64,000 bases of DNA, from assembly GCA_039621445.1 (NCBI GenBank), contig CP154954.1, forward strand, positions 43,627,847-43,691,846, in the 5' to 3' direction. Under the pieces are notes generated by a model. It saw only the letters and a list, made by a program, of their open reading frames with translations. It was not told the DNA's origin and did no database searches. Below are positions 47,801-60,600 of this stretch, one piece after another; position 1 is the first letter of the stretch, and every line of letters begins with the position of its first letter. A program made the position numbers and the translations under genes. Source of the stretch: Euglena gracilis (taxonomy: Eukaryota).

Positions 47801-50800
47801 GAGGTGCGGCAGCTGCGGGCGGACCTGGAGGCCGCGGCGGCGGAGGGGCAGGCGTGGCAGGGGCGGGCCCAGGAGGCCGTGGCCGCGCAGCGGGCCATGC
47901 AGGTCCCCTGCGCCACTCCCCGGCTTCCCGAAAACAGGCCAGCGGTGTCCGGCCGCGAAAGCATGACGTGTTGCTCAGCTCGGCCGGGACTGCATTGTTC
48001 CTCGGGATCCCCTGGTTGCGGTGATGCCGTGGGCATCGTGGTTGCGCCGTGTGGGGGTTGGGCACAGGTCCAGCTGGAGGTGAAGGAGAACGCCTTGGTC
48101 CAGACGAAGCGGGACCTCCAGCACGAGTCGGCATCGAGGGAGAGACTGCGGACGGAGCTGCTGACCCGCGAGACAGATGTGGCGACGCTCAAGGTCTGGC
48201 ACCCCGGACACCACTCAAACCCCCCCCCCCCACTTATCACCCCCCTCGGGCTGACCAACCAAACCTGGACTTATAAGCCCCCCCCTGCGGAAGAGAAATG
48301 AAAGCCTCCGGGGACGATTTTTTCGGCCGCAAACCACCCAAAAAAAACTGATTTTTTTGCCAATTTTTTGAGACCGACCATCATCAAAAATACCATTTTT
48401 GACCAAATTTGCCGAAATTGCCAATTTTGGGGGGGTTTGGGGTCATTTTGGTGGTGTCGGATTTTCACCAACAATTCCGGGACCTACAACCCCCCCCCCC
48501 CCCCCCCCATTCGGCCCCCATTCGGCCGTCCAACCAAACCGGATCCTATAAACCCCCGGGGGTTTACAAATGGGGGGTGTAGACAAGCATTGTTCGTCTG
48601 TCTCATGTTACATTCATGTGTGTAGGAACATTGCAATGGTGTTGCATTTCCAGGTGACCGATCTCACATTTTGGACTATTTGTGCAAAGGAACACGAGTT
48701 TTATTTTGGGGGGTTGTCAGGGTCCAGGGTTTTTAACTTCTGGTTACACACCAGCCATCCATATGTGCACCTTCACCATCGAAAAGTCAGAATTTGACAG
48801 ACAAAATCGGGGGTTTCGTGTATTTTTGTGTTAATTCTCATTTCCTGGGGGTCAATCCAGGTGGTTTCCAACTTGGTGCTAGGAGGACTGGAGGTGGTGT
48901 TCTGCAGGCCGTGACAGCCCTATCCCTTTGCATGCTTTTTTTGATTGCCTGCAACACCCGGACATTTTTTTTTGAAATTTGTAGCGGAAGGAGTGTGCTT
49001 TTCAAAATGAAACGGTTAGAGATTGGAATTTCTCATCGATGAAAGGGTCTCACCTGCCAGCAACATCCCGCATTGATGAGGTTCCCAAACACATGCTAAC
49101 GTTCAAAGTCATTGCACTTCCCCCTGGGCTCCTGGGGCACCCGACTAGACCACCCCCTGACATCATTTCACACGTCTCGGTGCCACTTTTTTGGACTTTC
49201 AAGAAAGTGGTGTCTTTGCGCAAATGCGGAAAGGAACACGCCAAATGCGGAAAGGAACAAGCCAACTGCGTGCAGCTAATATGAGATTCATTTTTTTTTA
49301 CTCATATTCAAATCATATTATGCAGGGTTTGATATAAGGAGGGCGTACATGGTTTAGGTGGGGGGGGTGTCCCCCCCCCCCCCCCCCCCCCTCCGGGCCC
49401 GCAGGGGGTTCAGGCCCCCCCCCCCCCACCTGCCAGGGGGGTCCGGACCGACCCTCGGGGGGGTTCCCGGGACCCCCCCAAAAAGGGTCAATTTTTTCCT
49501 CCGGCGCTTTGCGCCGAAAATTTTTTGCATTTTTGGCACATTTTTTTTGCCCAAAAAGTGCCCAAAATGGCACTTTTGGTCGTTTTGGGGGGTCAAAAAT
49601 TTTCGGCCCGGCGCTTTGCGCCGGGCCGAAATTCGGCCACCCTGACCGCGCACCTGTTTAGGTGGGGGGGTGTCCCCACCCCACCCCCTCCTGGCCCGCA
49701 GGGGGGTCCGGACCCCCCCACCTGTCCTTATATCGAACCCTGATATTATGTGATATACCTTGGCATTTATTCACTCTGCATTCTTTTCTGTGATCCATGT
49801 ATCTTGAGAGAGGTGGTAGTCTGTCTGGGCCACCTCTCGTTGACTCAAATTGTTTCCTTTGTGTGTCTCCACCTCTGAAAAAAAGCAGCTTTCCCCTTAT
49901 CTTCAAAGTTGTTGTCTTTTTTGTTTTTTCAACCAACCAATTTTCCATTGGAGCATTGGACTCGAACACCTTGGATTCATCTGTTACCTGCAAAATGCAC
50001 AACCGGTATTGACGTTTGCCACTTCAGGGGGTTAAGAAGCGGTTGTGGTGACATCAATGGGGTTTTTGGGGGTTCGTCCCCCCCCCCTCCTTCGTCCACC
50101 ATTCACCATAGCTGGCACTTCGTTTAAAACGAAGTCAAAAAAAACACGTTTTTTTTAAAAAAAACATGTTTTTTTTAAAAAAACAAAAAAAAAAACGCCA
50201 TTGAGGGTCCAGGGAAAAAATTTTTTGTCTTTAATTTTAGCTTTTTTTGCCCATCCTCGGTCAGAGAAAGATATCAAATTTGGGATGTTTCAACTTGAAA
50301 CATCCCAAAATGGCAGAAAAATGCCCTATTTTGACCATTCTTGTTGAAGACAACCAAAAGTATTGGTTTTCAAGTCATTTGAGCTAAGATTGGTTCACCC
50401 TTGCGATCAAAGGCAAAATTTGGACCATCATTTTCCCCTTTGTTTTTTTTGCCGTTTTTTTTGCCTTTTTTTTAATAAAAAAAAAACGTTTTTTTTAAAA
50501 AAAAACAAAAAAAACGCCAGCTATGCCATTCACCCCAGGGGACATGCGAGGCGAAGGACCGAACCATTGCGGATCTGCAGCGGGAGGCGGCGGAGGTGGG
50601 GCCTCTGAAGATGCAGGTCGGCCGCCAGCGGGGTCCGGCGCCCCGTAGACCCCCCAACCAGTCCCCCTCCCTCCAATGTTCCCTGGGCTGGCTGCACAAC
50701 CAGGCATTTTTTGTAGCGGACACCACCTCGATGCACGGATGGGAGTTGGAATGGGATCACAGGGTGCTTGACTGAGGTAAGCTCTGAGGTTTGGTGTTCT

Positions 50801-53800
50801 GGGACGCCGCTGCCCTTGACTTGGAAGCCAAACTGTTGGTGGCTAAGGTGTGCTGCCCCTGTCCCCTCTGCCAGCCTTTGGGGTGTATGTCTTTCGATGG
50901 GTGCAAGCTTCTTTTTCAGGAAGGTTGCACCCCAGGCTTGGTGGGTGCTATGGGCAGGCAGGGGGGGGTAGGGCACAGTCATTCGACCCCCCCCCCCCGG
51001 GGGTTGGGTTTGGGGGTGTGTGGTGTTATGACGCCCACCCCGACACCAAAGGCGCCAGTGGCCAAAAATGGCCATTTTTCAAGTGAAGATTGGCTTGGTC
51101 GGCAGGCGCCGTGGCCGAAAACCGACCCATTCCCCCGGGAAGGGTGCACCTGCAATTAGCACAAGGCGCTCCCCTCCACCATGGGGTTGGTAAAAAGAAG
51201 CCTGGGTGGATGGTCCAACCGTGGCACGCCACACAGACTCAGCTCGTCGCGAGGCAGGAGGCTACAGCGCAGGCAGAGACGGACCTTGGGGAGGCCAAGG
51301 GCCAAGTGGTCCGGCTGACGGCGCAGCTCGAGACTCAGCTGCGAGAAGTGGCCCACCTGAAGGTGCCCCTCACCTGCATTGGTTTTTTTGGAATGTGAGT
51401 GTAAGGAGATGTGCATTTTCTCATCCCCTCCTTCTTGTTGTGCACACACCCGAACATGTGCAACGTTTTTCCAAAAAAATATAGGTTCGAACCTTGTTGT
51501 GGTCACCCAGAGCGCGAACTGAAGGCTGGTCTGAAGTCCTTCGACCAAATGAAATGCTACGGGTCCATTGTCGTCCATATTCCAAACGCTGCTTGTGGAA
51601 ACCAGAACCCGGCGAAGCCCGTTCGTCTGCTCCTGCTCCATCAGTTGTGCATTCTGGGGGTGCACCCACCAGCCCTGCTGCGACAAACTGTGACATTGCA
51701 AACACAGGACTGATCTGCGAAAGAAAAAGTCAAAATCCCTCAAGTATCCACCAGATGTCATCTGGCACGGGGAATGGCAGAAGAAGCCCAACGGTGGCTG
51801 CACCCCATTTTCATTTAAGGTCGGTGATGAGCGAATTGCTTCGTTTGCTGTTTGCAGTTTCCCCCCTGCCAAAAGTGATGTTGCAACCACCAAACGGACG
51901 CGTTCCACTCCGGAGGCAGGGACGAGGGAAGGTCTCTTCACTTTCAGTTTGTCCTTCACAATGGCGTCCGTTGTGGGAAGTGCCATCGGTGTCCCCCCGC
52001 GCCTGCCTTGCGGCCGCCCGCCCCCCGCGCAGGGGTCTATGGCGGCCCTCGGCTCGGAGCAGCAGGCGGCGGGGCAAACCCTGAGCCCGAAGCTGCAGCG
52101 GGTGGAGGCCCACAATGCAGACCTGCAGGCGTGCCAATCAAATTCGCCTTCTGACTCCTCCTGATGTTTAAAGGACCCCGATGCAGGGTCAGGAGCATGA
52201 AGATCTCTTTGCATTATCTCATGGTCAAGGGCAAGAAAATGGAAATGGAAGTGAGCATGTTTGAAGTTTGGAAGTCCGGTTTTTATGTGTTTGTGTGTTC
52301 CAAAGCCCCGTAATGCTGTTGAGATGCACCCGCCACACAAAAGCAAAATTTGCCATTTACTTCATTTTTACCAATATTTAAATCTTTCAAACACTGACTT
52401 TTTTCAGGCGAGGACAATTTCGCTTCTGCATTACACACCAGTTTCTCTTGCATGGACATTCGCCATGTGAAGGAAAGGCGGATGGGGGGAACCCCAGCTT
52501 GGTATCCCTTTGGACCCTCATTGGCAACCGCCCCTGCGCGTTTCGTGTGGAACGGCTGCGTTCGGACCTCAGGCCCGGCTGTCGGAGCTGCAGGTGCGGG
52601 CTGCCTTGCTGGAGGTGTGTTCCCTCCCGCTCCAAATGCTGCACATCATTCTTGATGAACCAGTTGCTTCCATGGACCGGGGAGGGGCCATTTGTTTTCT
52701 GAAAATGCATTTTCTGTTGGAAACAGGTTGAGGGGACACCCTTCTCCCCCGAGCAGCAAAAAAAAAATCCAATTCAAACTGCAGAGCCAGGCAGGTTCCG
52801 GGAGGGAAGCCGGAGGGGACCCAACCCCTGGGGTAGCCAGCCAGCAGCCTTTTTTCCCCCCAGCCAGCACCTCCCAGCTCTGGGCTTGTGGACCCCGGGG
52901 GGAGGTCCACTGAATAAAGTTGAGTCCAGCCCAGCAAAACCAGGCTGTAATAAAGTTTTTTCTTTGGTGCAAAGCGGCAATTTTTTTTGAAAAGCGGGTC
53001 AAAGCGGCCAAAAATGGCATTTTGGGGATGGTTTTTTGGGGTTTCACGTCAAATTTTGGCTGAATGCCAACCCAGCTGTATTTAGGCTTTTTGGGGCATT
53101 TTGGGGGGGGTGCGCACTGGGTACGGGTTCTGTTCCCAGCTGGCTGGACCGGACCCCCTCCCCCAGACCTCCCACCCCCCGGGGGGTCCACCCAGCACCT
53201 TTTCTTTCCCAGCCAACAGCTCCCAGCCGGGCTATGGAACCCCCCCCCCCCCCGGGTCCGCTGACATAAACTTCGGGCCAGCCTGTGAACCCGGGCTGGA
53301 CCGAAAATTTTTGAAAAGGCTCCAAAAAATGGCCAAAATGGCACGTTTGATGGTTTCTGGGGTTTCTCCTCAATTTCTGCCTGAAAAATACCAACCTGGA
53401 TTTATTTGGGCTTTTTTCCCTGTTTTTTGGTGCACCTGCCAGCTCCAGCTGCCAGACGGCCAGACCCCCCTGGCCCCTGGGGGAGGTCCAACCAACACCT
53501 TTTTTTGAGCACCTCTTCCAGCTGGCCCGTGGGACTCCCCCTGGGTCCCAGAGAAAACCCCTGGAGGCAGGAGCCACTTCGCGCGCACCGGGGTCCAGAA
53601 TGGGCCGATGATGTTTGGGGCCGGCGCGCCTCCCGCCGGCGGGGTTGCGACAGGAGAAGGTCGGGCACTACGAGCGGGAGGCGGGCCAGCACGCCGCGGC
53701 GATGGGCGTCGCCCAGGACGCCATCGCCCGCCACGAGGCGACGGTCCGCGCGCTGGAGGGGGAGGCGGCACAGCTCAAGGTGCGGCCTGCTGCCTGCTGG

Positions 53801-54501
53801 GGTGCCTGGCTGTCTCCGGTTTTTGGGGGAGTGCTGAAAAGGTGTTGGGGGCGGACACCGACCCAAGCCGGCAGCGGGTGAGCACATTTTCGCTGATGTC
53901 TCGATTTCCCACAGTTTTCAGGGGTTTCTCCCAGTTTCCTCAAATTTGTTTCTCTGCTCTCCCCGCTGCACTGCTGCTCCAACGGTGCACATCATGCCAA
54001 ACCACAACACCAAATAACCCTCCACTTTTTTGTTTATCGAATAGCTTTTCCTCATCCACCTTGCTTGTCTTTCCACTTTGCTCAACATCTCTGTTCCACC
54101 ACGTTTTTTGCATTTGTGAATTGACCTACCCCCCCCCCCCCTGGCTAATCAGGCACTGGTGGAGGCACAGGGCCAGGAGTTGGCTGATGTGCAGCGCGAG
54201 GCCTCCGCCGCCGCCGCGAAGGTCTCGGAGCTTCTTGGGGCCGTGGCGGCGGCGCAGGCGCGAGCGGAGTCGTTGCAGGTGCGCGGCATCCACACGCAGT
54301 GGTGCGTCTTCTTGGGCCGGGGGTTCTCCCCACCGCGGACCATACGCCAGGCAGTTGCGTACCTCTTGGGGCCTCCCTCAGGACGTTGTGGGCCGTGAGG
54401 AGGAGCGTCGGGCCGTGCTGCAGCAGGAGTTGGCGGCAGCCACCGCGCGAGTGCGAGAGCTGGAGGAGCAGCAGCAACTGGCGGCGGCCAGGCCGTTTTG
54501 A
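41892..54501 (+). CDS. Large multi-exon coiled-coil protein; 5' and 3' ends uncertain
   Basis: AG/GT-bounded, frame-consistent exons: 41892-41952, 42488-42600, 43374-43487, 43625-43732, 45126-45239, 46214-46339, 46612-46734, 47248-47373, 47777-47902, 48068-48193, 50539-50616, 51237-51362, 52033-52128 (GC donor), 52573-52593, 53654-53779, 54153-54278, 54382-~54501. Peptides are E/Q/L/A/K-rich heptads with GC3-rich codons. A possible upstream exon lies at 37983-38151. Confidence 0.8.
44201..44449. mobile_element. Intronic hAT-type MITE
   Basis: TIR CAGGGGTTTTTT; perfect 8-bp TSD attgggcc. Confidence 0.9.
49323..49742. mobile_element. Intronic hAT-type MITE
   Basis: TIR CAGGGTT(T/C)GATATAAGG; perfect 8-bp TSD atattatg. 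Confidence 0.9.
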
Positions 54502-54728
54502 AGGCCCCCCCCAACCCATTCCCCATCGGCGGCCTGTGCGTTGAGAAAGTCAACTTCAAGGGGGCAATCCAAGGCGACCAGCACTGGCACACACTTGTGT
54601 ACACCCAACAACAACCACCCTTTGGCACACTCATGCGCACACGCATGCATGCATGCATGCATATGCGGACCCACACCCACCCACCCACCAAATTAGGGGT
54701 GGGTGACCCCCACCCACCCACCCACCCG

Positions 54729-54882
54729 CACACACACACACACACACACGCACACACACGCACGCACGCACGCACGCACGCACGACACACACACACACAC
54801 ACACACACAGCACACACACACACACACAGACACACACACACACAGACACACAGCACACACACGCACACACACACACACACAG

Positions 54883-54963
<81 letters not shown>

Positions 54964-54975
54964 ACACCACACCAC
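54729..54975. repeat. (CA)n microsatellite with (CACG)n interruptions
   Basis: Direct inspection. Confidence 0.97.
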
Positions 54976-57642
54976 ACCCGCCCACCCACGCGCAAGCACT
55001 CACACTCACCCACACCCCCACAACCACACGCACTCTTGTGGTGTGCATGTGGGTTGTGTGTTGGTGTGCATGTGTGGAATTGGCACACGTCCCATGGGTG
55101 TGCCAAAAACAGCCTTCTTGCACTGACGCTGGTTGCCTCCGTGCTGAACCCGGTGTGCTTTGTGGTTGTGTGCAATGCATCGAAATCAGAGATCCCACCC
55201 TCTCCAAAACATTTGTAAATGATTGTTTGAAAGGAAAAGGGTCGACACCCTGATGACCCATCTGATTCGCACGATGGCAAAAAATGATTCCAATCAAAAA
55301 TCTTGGCAAATTTCATCCAACAATTTTCGTCTCGTCGCATTTTCCATAACTGGCGAAATCCAGTAAACCAGCTAACCCCCCAAATAATACCCCCTGGGGT
55401 ATTATTTTTTCGCCCGAAGTCCTGGCCCGGGGGGGGTATTATTTGGGGGGGGGGGGTAATAGCACCCCAAAATTTTCGAAATTTTTCGAAGTCCCATAGG
55501 AGCCAAAATAGCACCCAAAAACCCCCCTTTGGGGTCATTTTTTGTCCTTTCTCATGCAAAAAAATTTTAGCATTTTTGGAGGCCAGATGATCCAGAAAAA
55601 TCGATTTTTTTTTTCGTAATTTATTGTCAGAGATTGTGATTTTTACCCAAATTTTCAGGTTAAAATCCGGGTTGTCGGCCCGAGATTTAGGGGGGAGGGT
55701 ATTAATTTGGTGGCGGAAGTCGGACCCCGAGGGGGGGGGTATTATTTGGGGGGGGGTATTATTGGGGGGGTATTATTTGGAGGGGAGAGTTATTGTGGCT
55801 TCTCTCTGGGAGTTTATGGGATCTTTTGCTCAGAGGGCAAGACAGTAAACCCCCCCAAATAATACCCCTTCACACACATTGAATTTGTATCCACCGGAGC
55901 AGAAATGGGCATCACCTCGTTGTGGGAAAAATCAAAGAAATGGGGAGCGAATCCAAGAAGGCATAGCTTTGTAGGCCCCCAAAGTCGAAATATTCCTCAG
56001 AGTTTCCAGTCGGTGTTCGAAGAGTAATCAACTGAATGTTGGCATGTCAACTGGGCAGAACGGAAAGGCAAACATCCACACGCTGTCTGCTGTGGCCACG
56101 TGTGACAAAAGCAGCTGGCACAGTGGCACAGTTGTTTTGTCATTGTCATTGGCATTTCATTTATTATTGGCCCATGTCCCATGCACACTGTAGACAACGT
56201 TGTCCTCTGCCCTGCTAAGGGACATTGCCCACCCCAGTGTCGCCATGGTGTAACCATGGTGTAACTGCGGTGTGGGCTCCACTTTTATTTATGTTGCACA
56301 ATGGAAAAAATTCCCTGACTATAGAACACAGACTATAGAACAGCCCGATGAGATGAAGATAACTGCAAGAAAAAGTCATCGGAATCTTGCAACCCTGAAC
56401 ATGTTTGTTTGTGAGAGAGGGAAAAGCGTCCTTGTGGTTTGTGTCCAATCTCAGTCTCTCTTTCATCCTTGGCCGACGTTTCGTGATTGGATATGGTAAA
56501 TATCTGTCTGTTCAAATATGGTGAATCTCTGTTTTTCAGTTTTCCTGGACGCAATACAGCACCCTCTTGATGATTTTTTTATATGTTTTTTTTAATCAAT
56601 CACAAGTGGAAATAATGATTTTTGAATCATTTTTTGTTTTCATCGCTTTTGTAGCTTTCGGTTTCACTCTTTGCTTGGTTCCAGTTGCTTGGTTGCTGAC
56701 TTTGACCAATTCCATTGGGAGAAGGGTTCCTGACATTAACCCCCCCCCCCCAAATAGCCTGGTGGGGTGCCAGGTTATTGGAACGAACTTTTGGCCCTGC
56801 CCCCCTGCCAGGTTATTTGGGCACCTTTTTCAGCGCCATAAAGGAATTTTGTCTAAAAAAGGGGGTGCCAAGTTACTGCAACCACCTTTTTGCCCCTCCC
56901 CCCGCCAAGTTATTTGGCCCCCGCCAGGAGCAAGGGCCCTGCCAGGTTATTTGGGGGGGTTAACCCCCCCCCCCCCCCCGCCCTGAGGGCACTGGGTGCT
57001 GACTGGGCACTCCAGGGCACCCAGGGGGGTGGGGTCGGCCTCGCTGAAAAATTCAGCATGCTAGGGTCCCAAGGAGGAAGGGATTGCAGAGGGTTCATGC
57101 TGCGCACAACGCACGCAGTGGGCAAAAGGGGCAGTGAGGTTTCGGAGAAATCTCACTACAAACGGAGAAATGACGTCGTGGGTCTGCCATTCAATTCCGT
57201 TCCCATTTCTGTTCCATTTTCAATTGCTATTTTCAACATTTGTTTGATGCACTGTGAAGCGCCCCCAGCGCCTCTTTGACCACACCTGTCACGTGGGTCC
57301 TCCCTCCAACAGGATGGTCTTTTGAAAAAAATTCACTGATTCACAAGATTCACGCTGTTCTCCACCAACATTGCCACTGAGAAAATGATATGTTAAAAGA
57401 AGCGTGATGTTGTTTGTTTTGTTTGTTTTGTTTTATTCAAAAGGGCAAAAGACACACAATAACGACACAAAGAGCAAAACAAAGCACCCTAATTCCTCCA
57501 TCTGGCAAGGTTGAACCTGAAAGAAGTCGAATTCCGTAAAAAATCGCGCAACCAACGGTCCCCGACCAACGGCTGGTTGCCGCATCGCCGGGGCCTCTGC
57601 TGGGTGAGCCTCGCACCTTGCCCCGGAATGTGGACGGTTCAG

Positions 57643-60600
57643 GAATTAGAGAGGAAGGCCGCCGACGGCGGTGGCTTCCCCCAAACGTTCCCTCCTGGAG
57701 CCCCCCTCCTTTCTCACAGCCGGAGGCCCCTCAGCCGGTGGAGGCTGCCCCCCTCCCTCTCCCCCCGCCGGCCGAGGCAGCCCCCGCGCCGGCCGCCGCC
57801 GTGGTAGCGGCGGGGCGGGAGGAGGCGGAGCCCGGTGCCGGACTGCCGGTGGAGGCAACGCCGGAGGCAGCGCTGGGCCCACCGGAGGCGGGGGGCCCTT
57901 CAGGTGCCGAGCTGGCTGTGCGTGCCTGGAAGGTGGTGTTCAAAGCGTGGCGGAGGATTGCTTGAATCCCCCCCGCCTCACCAATCCCGGAATTAGTGCG
58001 GAGGACACCAAAAGGTACAGGGGAGGAGATGGAAGGGAGTTCCGATAATTGGGCGCATCAATATTTTTCAAAAGAGGTGCGGGAAAATGATCAAAGATTT
58101 TGCTGAAGGTTTGGGAAGATTGGGTCACAGGGGCACATTGGCTGTTTGTTGTATGTTTTTCAATTTTGGCAGAATTGGTTTTGCATTTTACATTCAGTTT
58201 TAAATCATTCAAGGATTATTAACAACCTTTTGAAACTTTTTTTTTCAGAATGAGTGATGGAATTTACCTCAAACACCAATATATTTTGTGGACCATCTTT
58301 ATGCATTCCCATTCAAAGGCGTGCAAAGAGGGTTATGTATTCGGTCGCCAAATTTTGTGTGTATATGTGTGTGCATATATATATATATATATGTATGTAT
58401 ATGTATATATATAGACCCAGGGGGACAGGGGGACAGGGAAGCCCAGTTATCCTCAGAAAGTATCATTGTGCGAGAAAAAAATGTCGTGCTCAAATGAGGA
58501 TGAAGGGTGCAAGATGGGGCACCCAAGAACTGTACGGGAATGGGTGGTGACCCCCACCCCGGGTGGGTGGGTTCGCCATCACCCACCAGCCTTCCTGTAT
58601 TCCAGGGGCACCAATTTTTTGGCCAAAAATTTCGTTCGGTGCGGAAGGAATTTTCCTTGCACAGGTGCTGTGGTGAGTGGGGGCGACCCCCCCCCCCCAC
58701 CAGGCCTTCCTGCACAGTTCTAATCACATCGGGGAGTTTTGTTTGTTTTGAGGTTTTCCCTAGTTAAATGGGCAAGTGGCGATGAACCGGGTATGTTTAC
58801 TCGATCGACGGAGGCGGAACACACCCGAGGCTTGTTGATGCCCCAAATGGAGGCGGCCCCGTTCTGCTATACCCTCCTATGCCGTTCCCCTGTATCATCG
58901 CACCGGCGGTTGGCGTGCCGCCGAGTTCCCCGAGGCATCACTGCCCACCCCCCACCTCTCTGGGCGGCTTGGGGCTTCCTTCCCTTCGCAGAGGACACCG
59001 CTGGGGCCGCGCCACAACCCGAAACTGCCGCGGCGGCCTGTGCTCCGGGCGACCCAGCGGAGGTGGCTGGAGGTGTCTCCCTGCCACCATGGGCCGTGGG
59101 CGCGGTCTGTTGTGGCGATGCCCCCTCATTGAGGCCTCTCGATCCCCAACAGGAGACATCGACGAGGTGGGAGACCCGGAAGAGGCTTGCAATGAGGCAG
59201 AAGCCGTGGGTGCAGAGGAGGAGGCGGCGGAAGCAGAGGATGAGGGCGAGGAGGAGGAGGTGTGTCCCCAAATGTTGAAACTGACGGGTCCAGAGCATAC
59301 CATTATTTCAGCCCCGGGGTGGTTGAATGGTTGAATGGTTCCCCCCCCCTCCCCGAGTGGTTAGGGCTGGTTTTGGCTCTACCCCCCCCCCAAACTTGGG
59401 GTTGGTCTAAGGATTTTGATTTTGATTTTGGGGTTAGTCTGGGGGGGTGTTCTCCACCCTGAGGTTGGCCAGATGGCCAAAAGTTGCTCACCCTCTGCGC
59501 CTACACGGTGATGAAGGACAAAACGCATTGTTTTCATAGACATAGGGTATGTCCACTTGGGAAGTGGTTATTAGTCTAACCCCCCAAATATCCCCCCGGC
59601 TTTTTATTTCGGCGGGATTTGTTTTTTTTGTGCGGAAAAACCAAGTTCCAAAAAGGTTAAAATTGTATGTACTTTCCGACGTGTTCCAGCGGTCATTTTG
59701 TTCAACTTCCACCAGTCTTCAGAAACATCCAGCTGGGACCATTTTTTTAATCAAAAATTATTGTCAAAGCTGCCACGGGGTGGAATTCTTTCCTTAGGGT
59801 TTTCCCCTTTCCATGCCGCCTGTGTCTAGCCTTCCCAAAATATAAACCTCCTAGGGGCATGTGGCTTAAAGGGGCTTTAATATGGAAGCCACATGAAAGC
59901 CCCCCCCCCCAGGAAAGTGTGTTCTATATTTCTTATTTTCCATTAAGACAGGGCAGCAGAAAATCACGAATCAGCATTTACATTGGATTTTCATGAAGTG
60001 CTCAACAATGGTTTTTTTGAGGGGGTTTTTGAGGGGGTTTCTACCAAATTTCAGCTCCAAAATGGTACCTGGGTTCGGGTGGTTTTGATGGGGTTTGGCT
60101 CCGGCCAGGCGAAGCCTCCCTGCCGTTCCATCCAGGCGGAGGCGGATGCAGAGGCGAAGGCAGCAGAGGAACAGTCCATTGCTGAGGACGAGGCGGAGGC
60201 CCTTTTTGGAGGGGAGGCAGAACCGCAACCAGGGGCAGAGGAGGAAGAGGAGCAGCCCGAGGAACACACTGTCCATCCATGTGGATTGCCCCTCTCCCTG
60301 ACACACAGGGTTGCATTCTGAAGCCGACAGTTTGTGTACGTGTATGTGTGTGTGGGCGTCAGGGGTTTTTTTTAGTCGTGGACCCCCGGGGGGGAAGGGG
60401 GGGTAGGGTAGGGTGGGTGGGTCCGGCTGAGCCCCCCCCCCCCCAGAGGGGGGTGGGATATACTTTTCGGCGCCTTTGGCACCGAAAAAATGCTATTTTT
60501 AGCACTTTTCGCGATTTTCGGCCATTTTTTGTGGGTCCCCCGGGACCCCCCCCCCCCGGGGGGGGCCCAGGGGGTGGGTGGGTGGGGGGGGACCCCCCTC

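Noticed and set aside
51156-52346. 396-aa minus-strand ORF
   Set aside because: Antisense to real exons, with no recognisable domain.
54149-55559. Long HT/VC-repeat ORFs
   Set aside because: Artefacts of the (CA)n microsatellite.
55905-56026. XPG/FEN1-like N-terminus (MGITSLWE)
   Set aside because: Only the first residues resemble it, and no following DxS/acidic motifs could be spliced in.
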